In this document: positions 10,326-20,651 of the stretch, one piece after another
Position numbering within the stretch: position 1 is the first letter of the stretch
Layout of the letters: every line of letters begins with the position of its first letter
From: an uncultured Woeseiaceae bacterium
GTDB taxonomy: Bacteria; Pseudomonadota; Gammaproteobacteria; Steroidobacterales; Woeseiaceae
DNA: 64,000 bases
NCBI GenBank assembly: GCA_964386685.1
Contig: CAYLSX010000001.1
Location: 6,417-70,416, forward strand
Direction of reading: 5' to 3'
Position numbers and translations under genes: made by a program
The notes under the pieces: model-generated
Told to the model about the DNA's origin: nothing
Database searches by the model: none
What the model saw: the letters and a program-made list of their open reading frames with translations, nothing else

Positions 10326-10494
10326 TCACCGATATGGGTGCCAAAAGGGCGAAACCGGCCATTCAGGCAGGTTTGACTTAATCAAATTTCGTTTGTGTGA
10401 ACAGCAGCACAAAATCCAGTTGATCCGCGCACTTAGATCAGTGAGACTGTGAAATCCACTGATTCGCGCAGGGCTGGAATCCAGGTTTTTAGGC

Positions 10495-12213
10495 ATGGCA
10501 GCAACGGCATCTCAATCCAATCTTTCGGGCCTGCCAAGGCGGCTGGTTCAGGACGGTATCGTCTCTGAAGAAACCGTCCATGAGGCGACCGAAGCCGCCA
10601 AAAAAGCGAAGACGCCTCTGGTCGCCTTTCTCGTGGCCAATGACATGGCCGATTCCCGTGCGGTTGCCGTCGCTGCATCACACGAATTCGGTGTGCCATT
10701 GCTCGATCTCGACGCCATTGATATAGATCTCGATTGTCTTCGCGCCGTCGATCAGAAGCTATTAAACAAGCACCGGGTTCTGCCGCTCCTAAAACGCGGC
10801 CAGCGCCTGTTCCTAGGTGTTGCGGACCCGACCAATCTGCAAGCTATCGACGATGTGAAGTTCCAGACCAGCCTGCGTATCGATCCGGTGGTCGTCGAGC
10901 AAGACAAGCTCGAGGAACGTATCAACAAGGCGCTCGAGGCCGTCGATACCAGCATGTCTTCGCTCGAGGACGACGATTTCGATCTCGAAAACCTCGACGT
11001 TTCGGGCGGTGACGAAGAGCAGGAAGACGTAACGAAGGACGACATCGAAGCCGCCCCGGTCGTCCGCTTCGTCAACAAAGTTCTTTTGGACGCAATCAAA
11101 CGCGGTGCGTCCGACGTGCACTTCGAACCGTACGAAAAGCAGTTTCGCGTAAGAACACGGCTGGATGGCGTATTGTCAGAGGTTGCTCAACCACCGGTCG
11201 CGCTGGCGAACAAGGTCTGTGCACGACTCAAGGTCATGTCCCGGATGGATATCGCCGAACGCCGCGTCCCGCAGGACGGCCGAATCAAGATGCGCCTGTC
11301 GAAGAATCGTGCCATCGATTTTCGAGTCAATACCTGCCCAACCCTGTTTGGCGAAAAGATCGTATTGCGTATTCTCGACCCCAGCAGTGCCAAGCTCGGC
11401 ATTGACGCGCTGGGATACGAAGACGATCAGAAAGAGATGTATCAGAAGCACCTGGACAAGCCCTATGGCATGATCCTGGTCACCGGGCCGACCGGGTCCG
11501 GTAAGACGGTCTCGCTCTACACCGGGCTCAATATTCTGAATACCGAGGCCCGTAATATTTCCACGGCCGAAGATCCGTCGGAAATCAACATGCCGGGTAT
11601 TAATCAGGTCAACATCAATCCGAAAGTCGGCCTGACATTCGCGTCTTGCCTGCGGGCCTTCCTTCGCCAGGATCCGGACATCATCATGGTCGGTGAGATT
11701 CGTGACCTCGAAACGGCCGAGATTGCCATCAAGGCCGCACAAACGGGTCACCTTGTCCTCTCGACTCTGCATACGAACGACGCTCCCCGCACGCTGACGC
11801 GACTCGTCGATATGGGCGTCAAGCCTTACGCGATTGCAACCTCTGTCAGCCTGATTATCGCGCAGCGGCTGGCGCGACGACTGTGCGACAACTGTAAGGA
11901 AGTCAGAGAAGTTCCTCGCGAAGCACTTGAAAAGGAAGGCTTCGAGGCGGAAGACATCGACGACGGTCTGACAATTTTCGGGCCAGTCGGCTGCAAGTCA
12001 TGCAACGATGGTTACAAAGGTCGTCTCGGCATCTTTCAGGTGATGGAAGTGTCAGAGACGATGGGCAAAATTATCATGGCAGATGGCAACGCTATGCAGA
12101 TTGCGGAGCAGGCTGCAAACGAAGGCGTCATCGATTTGCGTCGTGCCGGACTGAACAAAGTCAAGGAAGGTACTACCAGCCTTGAGGAAATCAACCGGGT
12201 TACTATTGAATAG
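10495..12213 (+). CDS. pilB: type IV pilus assembly ATPase PilB
   Basis: 572 aa GspE-family ATPase. Walker A GPTGSGKT, Asp/His boxes and a tetracysteine motif (CDNC..CKSC). Confidence 0.95.
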   Translation: MAATASQSNLSGLPRRLVQDGIVSEETVHEATEAAKKAKTPLVAFLVANDMADSRAVAVAASHEFGVPLLDLDAIDIDLDCLRAVDQKLLNKHRVLPLLKRGQRLFLGVADPTNLQAIDDVKFQTSLRIDPVVVEQDKLEERINKALEAVDTSMSSLEDDDFDLENLDVSGGDEEQEDVTKDDIEAAPVVRFVNKVLLDAIKRGASDVHFEPYEKQFRVRTRLDGVLSEVAQPPVALANKVCARLKVMSRMDIAERRVPQDGRIKMRLSKNRAIDFRVNTCPTLFGEKIVLRILDPSSAKLGIDALGYEDDQKEMYQKHLDKPYGMILVTGPTGSGKTVSLYTGLNILNTEARNISTAEDPSEINMPGINQVNINPKVGLTFASCLRAFLRQDPDIIMVGEIRDLETAEIAIKAAQTGHLVLSTLHTNDAPRTLTRLVDMGVKPYAIATSVSLIIAQRLARRLCDNCKEVREVPREALEKEGFEAEDIDDGLTIFGPVGCKSCNDGYKGRLGIFQVMEVSETMGKIIMADGNAMQIAEQAANEGVIDLRRAGLNKVKEGTTSLEEINRVTIE

Positions 12214-12245
12214 CGTAATCCCCCAAATATTGGAAGAGAACTACA

Positions 12246-13463
12246 ATGGCTGAATCAGCGGTAATGGGCAAAGTACCCTTTCTTTGGGAAGGTACGGACC
12301 GTAAGGGCAACAAGATCAAGGGCAAGAGCATGGCGCCGGACGAGGCGCAGGTGCGTGCCGATCTGCGCCGTCAGGGTGTTGTTCCCAGCAGGATCAAGAA
12401 ACAGAGTCGAGGCCTTAAACGCGGCAGCGCCATAACGACCGCCGATATTGCGATATTCTCTCGCCAGCTGGCAACGATGCTTTCCGCGGGTATTCCGCTC
12501 GTGCAGGCGCACGAAATCGTCGGCCACGGGCATGAGAACCCAGCGATGCAGAAGTTGATTCTTGCAGTCAAAGCAGATGTCGAGGGCGGCAGTGCGCTTG
12601 CCGAGGCACTCTCCAAGCACCCGCTTTACTTTGACGACCTGTTTGTCAACCTCGTGTCGGCAGGTGAACAGGCTGGTGCTCTTGAGACCTTGCTGGATAA
12701 GATCGCGACGTACAAAGAAAAGACCGAAGCGATCAAGAAAAAGATCAAGAAGGCAGTTACCTATCCAGCCGCGGTGCTGGTGGTCGCTTTCGTCGTAACG
12801 ATTATTCTTCTGATTTTCGTAATCCCGGCTTTTGAAGACCTGTTCAAGGGCTTCGGCGCAGATCTTCCGGCGTTTACCAGAATGGTCATCGACCTGTCGG
12901 TCTTTGTCCGGACGCAAGGTTGGATACTGGCCATCCTCTTTGGCGCCGCCGTAGCCTCGTTTTTTTACTTCAAGAAGCGCTCACGTCCGATGCGGCATTT
13001 CCTGGATCGCATGGCGCTCAAGATGCCGATTGTCGGCCCGATCCTTGTGAAGGCCGCCATCGCACGATACGCGCGTACATTATCGACCATGTTCAGTGCC
13101 GGCGTACCCCTCGTGGAAGCGCTGGAATCCGTCGCCGGAGCGACCGGTAACATCGTCTATGAGATCGGCGTCCTGAGGATGAAAGACGAAGTAGCCACCG
13201 GTCAGCGCTTGCAGCAGGCCATGGAAAACACCGATCTGTTCCCCAATATGGTCATCCAGATGATCGCAGTTGGCGAGGAATCCGGTTCTTTGGACGAGAT
13301 GTCGTCCAAGGTCGCGGATTTTTACGAAGAAGATGTCGACAACGCGGTCGACAACTTGAGTTCACTGCTCGAGCCGCTGATCATGGCGATTCTCGGCGTG
13401 CTCGTTGGTGGGTTGGTTGTCGCTATGTATCTGCCGATCTTCAAGATGGGTTCCGTTATTTAA
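12246..13463 (+). CDS. pilC: type IV pilus platform protein PilC
   Basis: 405 aa GspF-family protein with two repeats of the T2SF domain, located between pilB and pilD. Confidence 0.95.
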   Translation: MAESAVMGKVPFLWEGTDRKGNKIKGKSMAPDEAQVRADLRRQGVVPSRIKKQSRGLKRGSAITTADIAIFSRQLATMLSAGIPLVQAHEIVGHGHENPAMQKLILAVKADVEGGSALAEALSKHPLYFDDLFVNLVSAGEQAGALETLLDKIATYKEKTEAIKKKIKKAVTYPAAVLVVAFVVTIILLIFVIPAFEDLFKGFGADLPAFTRMVIDLSVFVRTQGWILAILFGAAVASFFYFKKRSRPMRHFLDRMALKMPIVGPILVKAAIARYARTLSTMFSAGVPLVEALESVAGATGNIVYEIGVLRMKDEVATGQRLQQAMENTDLFPNMVIQMIAVGEESGSLDEMSSKVADFYEEDVDNAVDNLSSLLEPLIMAILGVLVGGLVVAMYLPIFKMGSVI

Positions 13464-13491
13464 GGACATATCGTTGCAGACGATCTATTGT

Positions 13492-13515
13492 AAACGGCGC
13501 CGCGAGGCGCCGTTT
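13492..13515 (+). terminator. strong hairpin between pilC and pilD (possible attenuator or partial terminator)
   Basis: AAACGGCGCC-gcga-GGCGCCGTTT, a 10-bp perfect stem. It is followed by only a short T-poor tract, so terminator function is uncertain. Confidence 0.4.
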
Positions 13516-13536
13516 CTACTTGCATAGAGAACCACC

Positions 13537-14421
13537 ATGCAGGAATTATTTTCGAATTCGCCGCTGACCTTTGTCGCAATGGTGTTCATTCTGTCGCTTT
13601 TGATTGGCAGCTTCCTGAACGTCGTGATCTACAGGCTGCCGATCATGATGCAGCGGGAATGGCGCGACCAGTGTCAGGAACTTGCCGAGACACCGGTCAC
13701 AGAAACTCCGCCAGGACGATTCGATCTCGTTTTCCCGCGATCCAGTTGCACCTCCTGTGGTGCGCAGATTACGGCACTGCAGAACATACCTATCCTGAGC
13801 TATCTGATACTGCGTGGAAAATGCGCTAGCTGTGGCAATGCGATCTCGAAGCGCTACCCAATCGTCGAGGCGACGACTGCAGTCCTGACCGCCATCGTCG
13901 CCTGGCGCTTCGGCTTTGGCTGGGAAGTTGCGGGCGCGATTGCCCTCACCTGGGCGCTGATTGCGGTCAGCGTTATCGATATCGATCACCAGCTCATCCC
14001 TGACTCGATCTCCTTGCCGTTCATCTGGATCGGTCTGATGCTAAGCCTGTTTCATCCGCTGGCCGGGGCTGAGGTCCTGTTCATCGATGCCGGAACAGCG
14101 ATTGTCGGTGCCGTAGCCGGGTACCTGAGCCTGTGGTGCGTTTATCAGCTGTTTCTCCTGATGACGGGCAAGGAAGGCATGGGTTACGGAGACTTCAAAT
14201 TACTCGCCGTGCTGGGCGCCTGGCTCGGCTGGCAGATGCTGCCCCTTATCATCTTGTTGTCCGCAGTTGTCGGTGCAACTGTCGGTATCACAATGATCAT
14301 CGTCCGGCGACACGACCGCAACATACCGATTCCGTTCGGCCCCTATCTCGCAGCCGCGGGCTGGATCGCGATGCTCTGGGGCGATCAGATTGTCTCGGCT
14401 TATCTCGATTATATGAGTTGA
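13537..14421 (+). CDS. pilD: prepilin peptidase / N-methyltransferase PilD
   Basis: Cys pairs CTSCG..CASCG, the A24 peptidase motif GMGYGDFKL, and multiple TM segments. Confidence 0.95.
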   Translation: MQELFSNSPLTFVAMVFILSLLIGSFLNVVIYRLPIMMQREWRDQCQELAETPVTETPPGRFDLVFPRSSCTSCGAQITALQNIPILSYLILRGKCASCGNAISKRYPIVEATTAVLTAIVAWRFGFGWEVAGAIALTWALIAVSVIDIDHQLIPDSISLPFIWIGLMLSLFHPLAGAEVLFIDAGTAIVGAVAGYLSLWCVYQLFLLMTGKEGMGYGDFKLLAVLGAWLGWQMLPLIILLSAVVGATVGITMIIVRRHDRNIPIPFGPYLAAAGWIAMLWGDQIVSAYLDYMS

Positions 14422-14422
14422 C

Positions 14423-15019
14423 GTGGACCGTCCTCTTCGCATCGGCTTGACGGGCGGCATTGCAAGCGGCAAAAGCACGGTCGCAGATCTGTTCGCCGAG
14501 CACGACGTGCCGATCATCGATACGGATGTCATTGCCCGTCAGCTCGTGCAACCGGGAATGCCGGCTCTTGACGAGATTCGCACAGCCTTCGGTGACGATG
14601 TCTTCGATTCGCAGGGTCAGCTCGATCGTGCTTGCATGCGAGAAGTCGTATTCTCCGATGCATCCCGACGCGAGCAACTCGAGTCGATCCTGCATCCGCG
14701 CATTCGAGACGAGGCGATCGCACAGTCAGGCGCAACTGACGGCCCGTATCAGATCATCGTCGTGCCATTACTCGTCGAATCGCCAATGCGGGACTTTATG
14801 GACCGCGTGCTGGTCGTCGATTGTGACGAGGAAACCCAACTCAACCGTCTGCTGGCCCGCGACGCAGAAAACGAAGACCAGGCGCGCCGTATTCTGGCGG
14901 CGCAGGCGAGTCGGGCGGACCGCTTAGGTATCGCTGACGACGTCATTTCGAATGACGGTGACCTTGAGACGACACGGCAGCAGGTCGATGCGCTGCACGA
15001 GAAATACCTGTCGCGATAA
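14423..15019 (+). CDS. coaE: dephospho-CoA kinase
   Basis: GTG start. P-loop IGLTGGIASGKST. Position after pilD is conserved in many gammaproteobacteria. Confidence 0.92.
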   Translation: MDRPLRIGLTGGIASGKSTVADLFAEHDVPIIDTDVIARQLVQPGMPALDEIRTAFGDDVFDSQGQLDRACMREVVFSDASRREQLESILHPRIRDEAIAQSGATDGPYQIIVVPLLVESPMRDFMDRVLVVDCDEETQLNRLLARDAENEDQARRILAAQASRADRLGIADDVISNDGDLETTRQQVDALHEKYLSR

Positions 15020-15063
15020 AGCGTCATTTGCCCTGACTGATCGCCTGGCGCAAAATACGCTGC

Positions 15064-15867
15064 ATGGCGGAACCTGCCTCACAAATTGCCCCACCCTACC
15101 TCGCTCGCCGGCTTGCCGAGTACGAGCAGCCACTGAATGAGCGTATGAGGACCTTTCTCAGGGTCGAATTCCTCTACCAGCAGCTAATGTATAACAGCGA
15201 GATCGACGCCGATTGGGCGACCCGTGCGGCGATGTCCAGTCTGCTGGAAATCATGGCCATTCTTAGCCGCGGAGACGTGCGCAGCGATGTGCATAAGGAA
15301 CTCGATCATCAGATTGAGAGTCTCGAGCGCTTCGTGAGCCAGCCAGCGGTGGATTCCCGGCGGCTGGAGGCGCTGATGAGGAATCTCCTTGAGAGCCGTA
15401 ACGACGTCAATGCCGCGGGCACGCGATTTTTGCAGCCATTAAAAGACTGCGAGTTTCTGGCGTCGATCAAACACCGCAGCTCTATTCCTGGCGGCACCTG
15501 CGAGTTCGATCTGCCCGAATACAATCATTGGCTCAGACAAGCATTTGAGAGACGTCAGCAGGACTTGCAAACGTGGATAGCTGCGATAAGGCCGGTCTGT
15601 GATGCCGTTATCGAGCTGCTTTGGCTGACTCGAGAGAGCACAACTGCCGTCGAGAAGACGGCGATTAACGGCATGTACCAGCACAACATGCAAAAGCACG
15701 TTCCATGCCGATTACTTCGAGTCACTTTGGCCGACGACAGCCCCTTGTATCCCGAAATCAGCGGCAGTCAGCATCGCTTTACCATTCGATTTCTGGAGTG
15801 GTCGAGTATCGGCAGCCGTGCCGTTCAAACCGGTCACGACGTGAATTTTTACCTGAGTGTCTGCTGA
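15064..15867 (+). CDS. zapD: cell division protein ZapD
   Basis: YEQPLNERMRTFLRVEFLYQQL matches the ZapD (YacF) N-terminal signature. coaE-zapD synteny. Confidence 0.88.
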   Translation: MAEPASQIAPPYLARRLAEYEQPLNERMRTFLRVEFLYQQLMYNSEIDADWATRAAMSSLLEIMAILSRGDVRSDVHKELDHQIESLERFVSQPAVDSRRLEALMRNLLESRNDVNAAGTRFLQPLKDCEFLASIKHRSSIPGGTCEFDLPEYNHWLRQAFERRQQDLQTWIAAIRPVCDAVIELLWLTRESTTAVEKTAINGMYQHNMQKHVPCRLLRVTLADDSPLYPEISGSQHRFTIRFLEWSSIGSRAVQTGHDVNFYLSVC

Positions 15868-15872
15868 CTGAC

Positions 15873-16265
15873 TCAACGTCGCCGCAGTGCTTCGATTACA
15901 GGAGCATCCGCCGGCAACAACAAATCCTCCGCCATCTCCTCCGGCAAGATCCACATCAGAGCCTGTCCGTCCCTGCCCACGGGCGTATTGCGCCAGTGTT
16001 TGATCAAGTAAAAATCGATACTCACCGAGCGGTCGGCATAATCGTGATCCAGGCTCATAAACAGGGACTGTTCGACGATCTCTACGCCGAGTTCTTCACC
16101 GAGTTCGCGGCCAAGTGCAGAAAGGCTATCTTCACCGTCTTCTATTTTGCCGCCGGGGAATTCCCACAGGCCCGCGAATGAGTGATCACCTATGCGCTCT
16201 GTAACCAGGACGCGACCGTGTCCGTCAAGAAGAATCCCTGCAACTACGTAAGTTTGCCGTGGCAC
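15873..16265 (-). CDS. mutT: 8-oxo-dGTP diphosphatase MutT (Nudix)
   Basis: Nudix box [23 protein letters not shown]. Immediately downstream of secA as in E. coli. GTG start lies inside the secA 3' end. Confidence 0.88.
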   Translation of the reverse strand: MPRQTYVVAGILLDGHGRVLVTERIGDHSFAGLWEFPGGKIEDGEDSLSALGRELGEELGVEIVEQSLFMSLDHDYADRSVSIDFYLIKHWRNTPVGRDGQALMWILPEEMAEDLLLPADAPVIEALRRR

Positions 16266-18958
16266 TGCTTATATTTCTTTCCCGAACCACAGGGACAAGG
16301 CTCGTTGCGGCCAACTTTTTTGGCGCTTCTTACAAACGGCGCAGCCGCGGCGGCCGGCGCTGCGCCGCCGCCCTTCCCGCCTGCAGCCTTTTGCTGCCCG
16401 AGTGCTGACGCTTCTGCATGGCGAAATTCCATCGCCTGAGCAGCACGACGCTGTGCCTCCATTTTCTCGACATCTTCCTGGCTCTGAATCCTGACTCTCG
16501 AGAGTATGCTGATCGTGTCGTGCTTGATCAGATCCAGCATGGCGCCGAACATTTCGAAGGCTTCGCGTTTGTATTCCTGTTTCGGGTTTTTTTGCGCGTA
16601 ACCGCGAAGATGGATTCCCTGTCGCAGGTAGTCCATGCCGCCGAGGTGTTCTTTCCAGTGATGATCGAGTTGCATAAGCATCACCTCCTTCTCGACGTGA
16701 CGCATCCTCTCCTCGCCAATGTCGGCCACTTTCGTCTCGTAATGCGCTTGTATTTCGCCGATACATCGTTCGCGAACGCCCTCTTCATTCAATTTCGTGT
16801 CGTCTTTCAACCACTGAGCTACCGGCAGGTGCACGGCGAAATCGGTATCGATCGCATGACCCAGACCGTCCGCATCCCATTGTTCCTCGAGGCTTCCGGG
16901 CGGGATGTATTGATCGACAATGCCCTCGACCACCTCTTCGCGAATAGCCGTCACGGAATCTGCAACCTCATCTGCAGCCATCAGCTCGGTCCGCTGGTGA
17001 TAGACGACTTTTCGCTGGTCGTTGGCTACATCGTCATATTCAAGCAGGTTCTTGCGAATATCGAAGTTGTGTGCCTCAACCTTGCGCTGCGCCCGCTCGA
17101 TCTGACGACTCAGGAGCTTGCTTTCTATCGCCTCACCTTCGCGCATACCAGCCCTGGCCAATAACGCCTTGGTGCGCTCAGGATCGCCGAAGATTCGCAT
17201 CAGGCTGTCTTCCATGGACAAATAGAAGCGGCTCGAGCCGGCATCTCCCTGCCTTCCCGAGCGGCCCCTGAGCTGGTTGTCGATACGTCGCGACTCGTGC
17301 CTTTCCGTACCGATGATATGCAGGCCACCTGACTCGAGCACGGCTGCGTGCCGACCGTCCCAGTCGCTTCGTATTGCCCCGGAGTCTCCTTCGTCGCCGG
17401 CAGCCGCCAGTTCGGCGTCCAGGTTGCCGCCCAGGACGATGTCGGTGCCTCGACCGGCCATATTGGTTGCGATCGTCACGGCGCCCGGGCGCCCGGCCTG
17501 CTGCACGACCACGGCTTCACGTTGGTGCTGCTTCGCATTCAGCACTTCATGCCCGATGGTCTTTTTCTTCAGGAAGGCAGACAGTTTTTCGGAAGTTTCG
17601 ATCGACGTCGTGCCCACCAGGACCGGCTGGCCGCGCTCGCGACAGTCCTTGATGTCCTCAATGATGGCCTCGAATTTGTCCTGCTCGGTCAGATAGACGA
17701 GGTCGGGGTTGTCAGCGCGAACCATCGGCATGTGCGTCGGTATGACGATGACTTCGAGGCCGTAGATTGACTGGAACTCGAACGCCTCGGTATCCGCCGT
17801 GCCGGTCATTCCGGACAGGTTGCTGTAGAGCCTGAAATAGTTCTGAAACGTGATCGACGCGACGGTCTGATTTTCCTGTTTGATCGCTACGCCTTCTTTC
17901 GCCTCCACGGCCTGGTGCAGGCCATCGGACCAGCGTCGGCCCGCCATCGTGCGTCCGGTGAACTCGTCAACGATGACAATCTCGCCGTCCTTGACGATGT
18001 AATCGACATCTTTCTTGAACATGACGTGCGCACGCAAGGCTGCGTTGAGGTGATGAACCAGGCGGATATTGGCCGCGTCGTACAGGCTCTCGCCTTCGCC
18101 GAGCAGCCCGGCCTTGATCATCAGGTCTTCCACCCGTTGATGCCCGTCTTCCGTTATGTGGACCTGTTTGGATTTTTCGTCTTTCGAATAATCGCCGGGA
18201 CCGTCCTCTTCATCTTGCTCGACCAGTTTCGGAATCAGTTTGTTGATTTTTTGGTAGAGGTCGGTGCTTTCCTCGGTAGGTCCCGAAATGATCAACGGCG
18301 TCCGGGCCTCGTCGATCAATATCGAATCAACCTCATCGACAATGGCGAAGTTCAGTTCGCGCTGACTCTTGGCCTCGATTGAAAAGGCGAGATTGTCGCG
18401 CAAATAATCAAAACCCAGCTCGTTGTTGGTGGCGTAGGTTATGTCCGCGTTGTAAGCCGCGCGTTTTTCTTCCGCTGTCTGGCCGCTCTTGGATACACCG
18501 ACCGTCAATCCCAGGAACTCATAGACCGGGCCCATCCAGTCGGCGTCGCGCTGTGCCAGATATTCGTTGACTGTGACGATATGCACGCCGTCGCCGCTGA
18601 TCGCGTTCAGGTAGGCGGGGAGCGTGGCGACCAGGGTCTTGCCCTCGCCGGTGCGCATCTCGGCGATATTGCCGTCATGCAAAACCATGCCACCGATGAG
18701 CTGCACGTCAAACGGTCTCAGGCCCAGTGCCCGTTGCGAGGCTTCTCTCGCGACGGCGAACACTTCAGGAAGCATGTCCTCCAGGCTTTCACCGTCCGCA
18801 TATCGCTTGCGGAATTCGTCGGTCCGGCCTCGTATTTGCTGATCGTCAAGACTCTGTATGCCCTCTTCGAGCGCATTGATCTTGTTGACGGCTTTGGAAT
18901 ATTGCCGCAGCAGTCGCTGGTTACGGCTGCCGAAAACACGAGTTAGAAGGTTTGCCAC
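16244..18958 (-). CDS. secA: preprotein translocase ATPase SecA
   Basis: 904 aa. MRTGEGKTL Walker [20 protein letters not shown], and the C-terminal zinc motif [17 protein letters not shown] start preceded by AGGAG. Confidence 0.97.
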   Translation of the reverse strand: MANLLTRVFGSRNQRLLRQYSKAVNKINALEEGIQSLDDQQIRGRTDEFRKRYADGESLEDMLPEVFAVAREASQRALGLRPFDVQLIGGMVLHDGNIAEMRTGEGKTLVATLPAYLNAISGDGVHIVTVNEYLAQRDADWMGPVYEFLGLTVGVSKSGQTAEEKRAAYNADITYATNNELGFDYLRDNLAFSIEAKSQRELNFAIVDEVDSILIDEARTPLIISGPTEESTDLYQKINKLIPKLVEQDEEDGPGDYSKDEKSKQVHITEDGHQRVEDLMIKAGLLGEGESLYDAANIRLVHHLNAALRAHVMFKKDVDYIVKDGEIVIVDEFTGRTMAGRRWSDGLHQAVEAKEGVAIKQENQTVASITFQNYFRLYSNLSGMTGTADTEAFEFQSIYGLEVIVIPTHMPMVRADNPDLVYLTEQDKFEAIIEDIKDCRERGQPVLVGTTSIETSEKLSAFLKKKTIGHEVLNAKQHQREAVVVQQAGRPGAVTIATNMAGRGTDIVLGGNLDAELAAAGDEGDSGAIRSDWDGRHAAVLESGGLHIIGTERHESRRIDNQLRGRSGRQGDAGSSRFYLSMEDSLMRIFGDPERTKALLARAGMREGEAIESKLLSRQIERAQRKVEAHNFDIRKNLLEYDDVANDQRKVVYHQRTELMAADEVADSVTAIREEVVEGIVDQYIPPGSLEEQWDADGLGHAIDTDFAVHLPVAQWLKDDTKLNEEGVRERCIGEIQAHYETKVADIGEERMRHVEKEVMLMQLDHHWKEHLGGMDYLRQGIHLRGYAQKNPKQEYKREAFEMFGAMLDLIKHDTISILSRVRIQSQEDVEKMEAQRRAAQAMEFRHAEASALGQQKAAGGKGGGAAPAAAAAPFVRSAKKVGRNEPCPCGSGKKYKQCHGKLT

Positions 18959-19104
18959 TCAGGGCTCCTGGCGCGGACGATTTGCTTGAGGCCACAAAGG
19001 CCGCTATTTTACGGACTGACCCGCAGAATGCATCAAGGTTTATGCCTAATTAGCCACCGAATGTATGGCCAATGCAGCTAAAAACAAGGAGTTTGGACGG
19101 CGGG

Positions 19105-20037
19105 CTAGTTCGCGCCCTGGCGTATGAACTTGACCGGGTTGACGCGATGGCCGCGATGCAACACCTCGAAGTGCAGATTTGGCCCGGTTGCCCGGCCCGT
19201 GTCGCCCATCAGGGCCACAGTCTGGCCTTTCCTGACCTCTTCACCGACAGACACGAGATTTTCCGAGTTGTGGGCATAACGGGTTGCATAACCATTGCCA
19301 TGGTTGATCTCGACCAGCTTACCGAAGCCGTAGCGAGACGATGACCAGGTCACGACGCCATCGGCGACCGCGAAAATTTCTGCGCCCAGTTTGCCGGCAA
19401 AATCGACGCCTTTGTGATTCGCAGGTTTGCCGGTGAAGGGATCTGTTCGCCGTCCGAAATAGGATGACATCCAGCCAGACTTGACAGGCCGACCCTTTGG
19501 ATAGACCCGGTCAGTCAGGTTTTGATTCATCAAAACGCTCTCGAGAACGCCCAGCTGTGCCTCGCGGTCAACGAGTTGCTGGTCCAGACCTTGCATTGCC
19601 GCGAGCACCTGGGGCACCGCAACCGCCGAGCCGGCAAGATTTGGCTCTTCCGGACCACCGATTGCCGGATCTGAATTGAAATCGAACTCACCGTCTTCGA
19701 GGCCGGCCATGCCGGTAAGGCGGCGGCCCAGTGCGTCGAGGCGAATGATGCGCGCGCTCATCTGGCCGATGCGAATGGCCAGGGCATCGAGGGTGTCTTC
19801 TGTCTGTTGTCGTGTCGTGGCAATCGCGTCGCGTTGCGATTCAAGTTCGCCGGTCAGATTCTTGACCTCCGCCATACTGACGCCGGAGCCCGTTTGTGCC
19901 GAATACCAATAACCGCCCAAAAATGCTGCTGTTGAGAGCACGCCGGCAATGAACAGTCCCAATGCGGTCGCTTTGGCGCCTGACAGATTTACCTGCCGGG
20001 GCTTACCGAACCCATTGCCGAATATAACTACGTTCAT
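19105..20037 (-). CDS. M23 family metallopeptidase (LytM domain, membrane anchored)
   Basis: N-terminal TM segment and coiled-coil region. C-terminal HKGVDFAG..GNGYATRYAHN..GDTGRATGPNLHFEV LytM motifs. Confidence 0.88.
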   Translation of the reverse strand: MNVVIFGNGFGKPRQVNLSGAKATALGLFIAGVLSTAAFLGGYWYSAQTGSGVSMAEVKNLTGELESQRDAIATTRQQTEDTLDALAIRIGQMSARIIRLDALGRRLTGMAGLEDGEFDFNSDPAIGGPEEPNLAGSAVAVPQVLAAMQGLDQQLVDREAQLGVLESVLMNQNLTDRVYPKGRPVKSGWMSSYFGRRTDPFTGKPANHKGVDFAGKLGAEIFAVADGVVTWSSSRYGFGKLVEINHGNGYATRYAHNSENLVSVGEEVRKGQTVALMGDTGRATGPNLHFEVLHRGHRVNPVKFIRQGAN

Positions 20038-20348
20038 TGTGTACGCTCCGGATGCGTATTATTCGAGTTTTTCATCCTTGCCATACAATCAGGTGACTTG
20101 CAGACTGGCCGCCATTGCTGACGCCTTCTCATTCCTGTCCGTCTGCCTTCATTCGTCACGTCGGTAACTCCGCTATCCTAGGAACGAGTCCCTTAGATCG
20201 GTGGTTTTGCGTCCCCGTCTTTCAACGGGTATGCCCTTATCGAGCCTGTCAATATGCATAATGCAGCTTTTTATTACAAGATCAGCCACCTAGAAGCTTG
20301 ATTCTGGTCGCAGGGAAGCCCCAAAATCGCCAACTACGTCACATTTCT

Positions 20349-20651
20349 ATGTCAATCATTCGCCTCGAAAAATTGTTAAAAACAGGCCCCGGCGGCGCCC
20401 TGGAAGAAATTGTCCAACACGCTCAAAATATGGATCAATTGACCGCCGCTATTCGAAGCGTCCTGCCCGAGGAGGCGCAATCACAGCTGCTTGCAGCAAA
20501 TCTGCGCGAAAATGGCGAACTTGTGCTGATGTGCAGTTCCTCGAGCTGGGCCGCGAGACTGCGTTTCGAGAGCGCGCAGTTGATCGAAGCCGCCCGACTG
20601 ACGGGCGCCGACGTCAATAAATGTAAGGTCAAAGTTTCGCCTCAGGCGTAG
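20349..20651 (+). CDS. DUF721/DciA-like small protein
   Basis: 100 aa from the ATG at 20349. [26 protein letters not shown] resembles the DUF721 core (G.L.L...S..WA..LR). Position between the M23 peptidase and lpxC matches the hypothetical gene seen there in pseudomonads and xanthomonads. Confidence 0.6.
   Translation: MSIIRLEKLLKTGPGGALEEIVQHAQNMDQLTAAIRSVLPEEAQSQLLAANLRENGELVLMCSSSSWAARLRFESAQLIEAARLTGADVNKCKVKVSPQA

Noticed and set aside
20038-20348. The 310-bp divergent spacer between the M23 peptidase and the DciA-like ORF as a possible ncRNA or small gene
   Set aside because: I found only short, weak hairpins and one spurious ORF (19949-20167) that overlaps the peptidase N-terminus. 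Nothing here can be supported without expression or conservation data.
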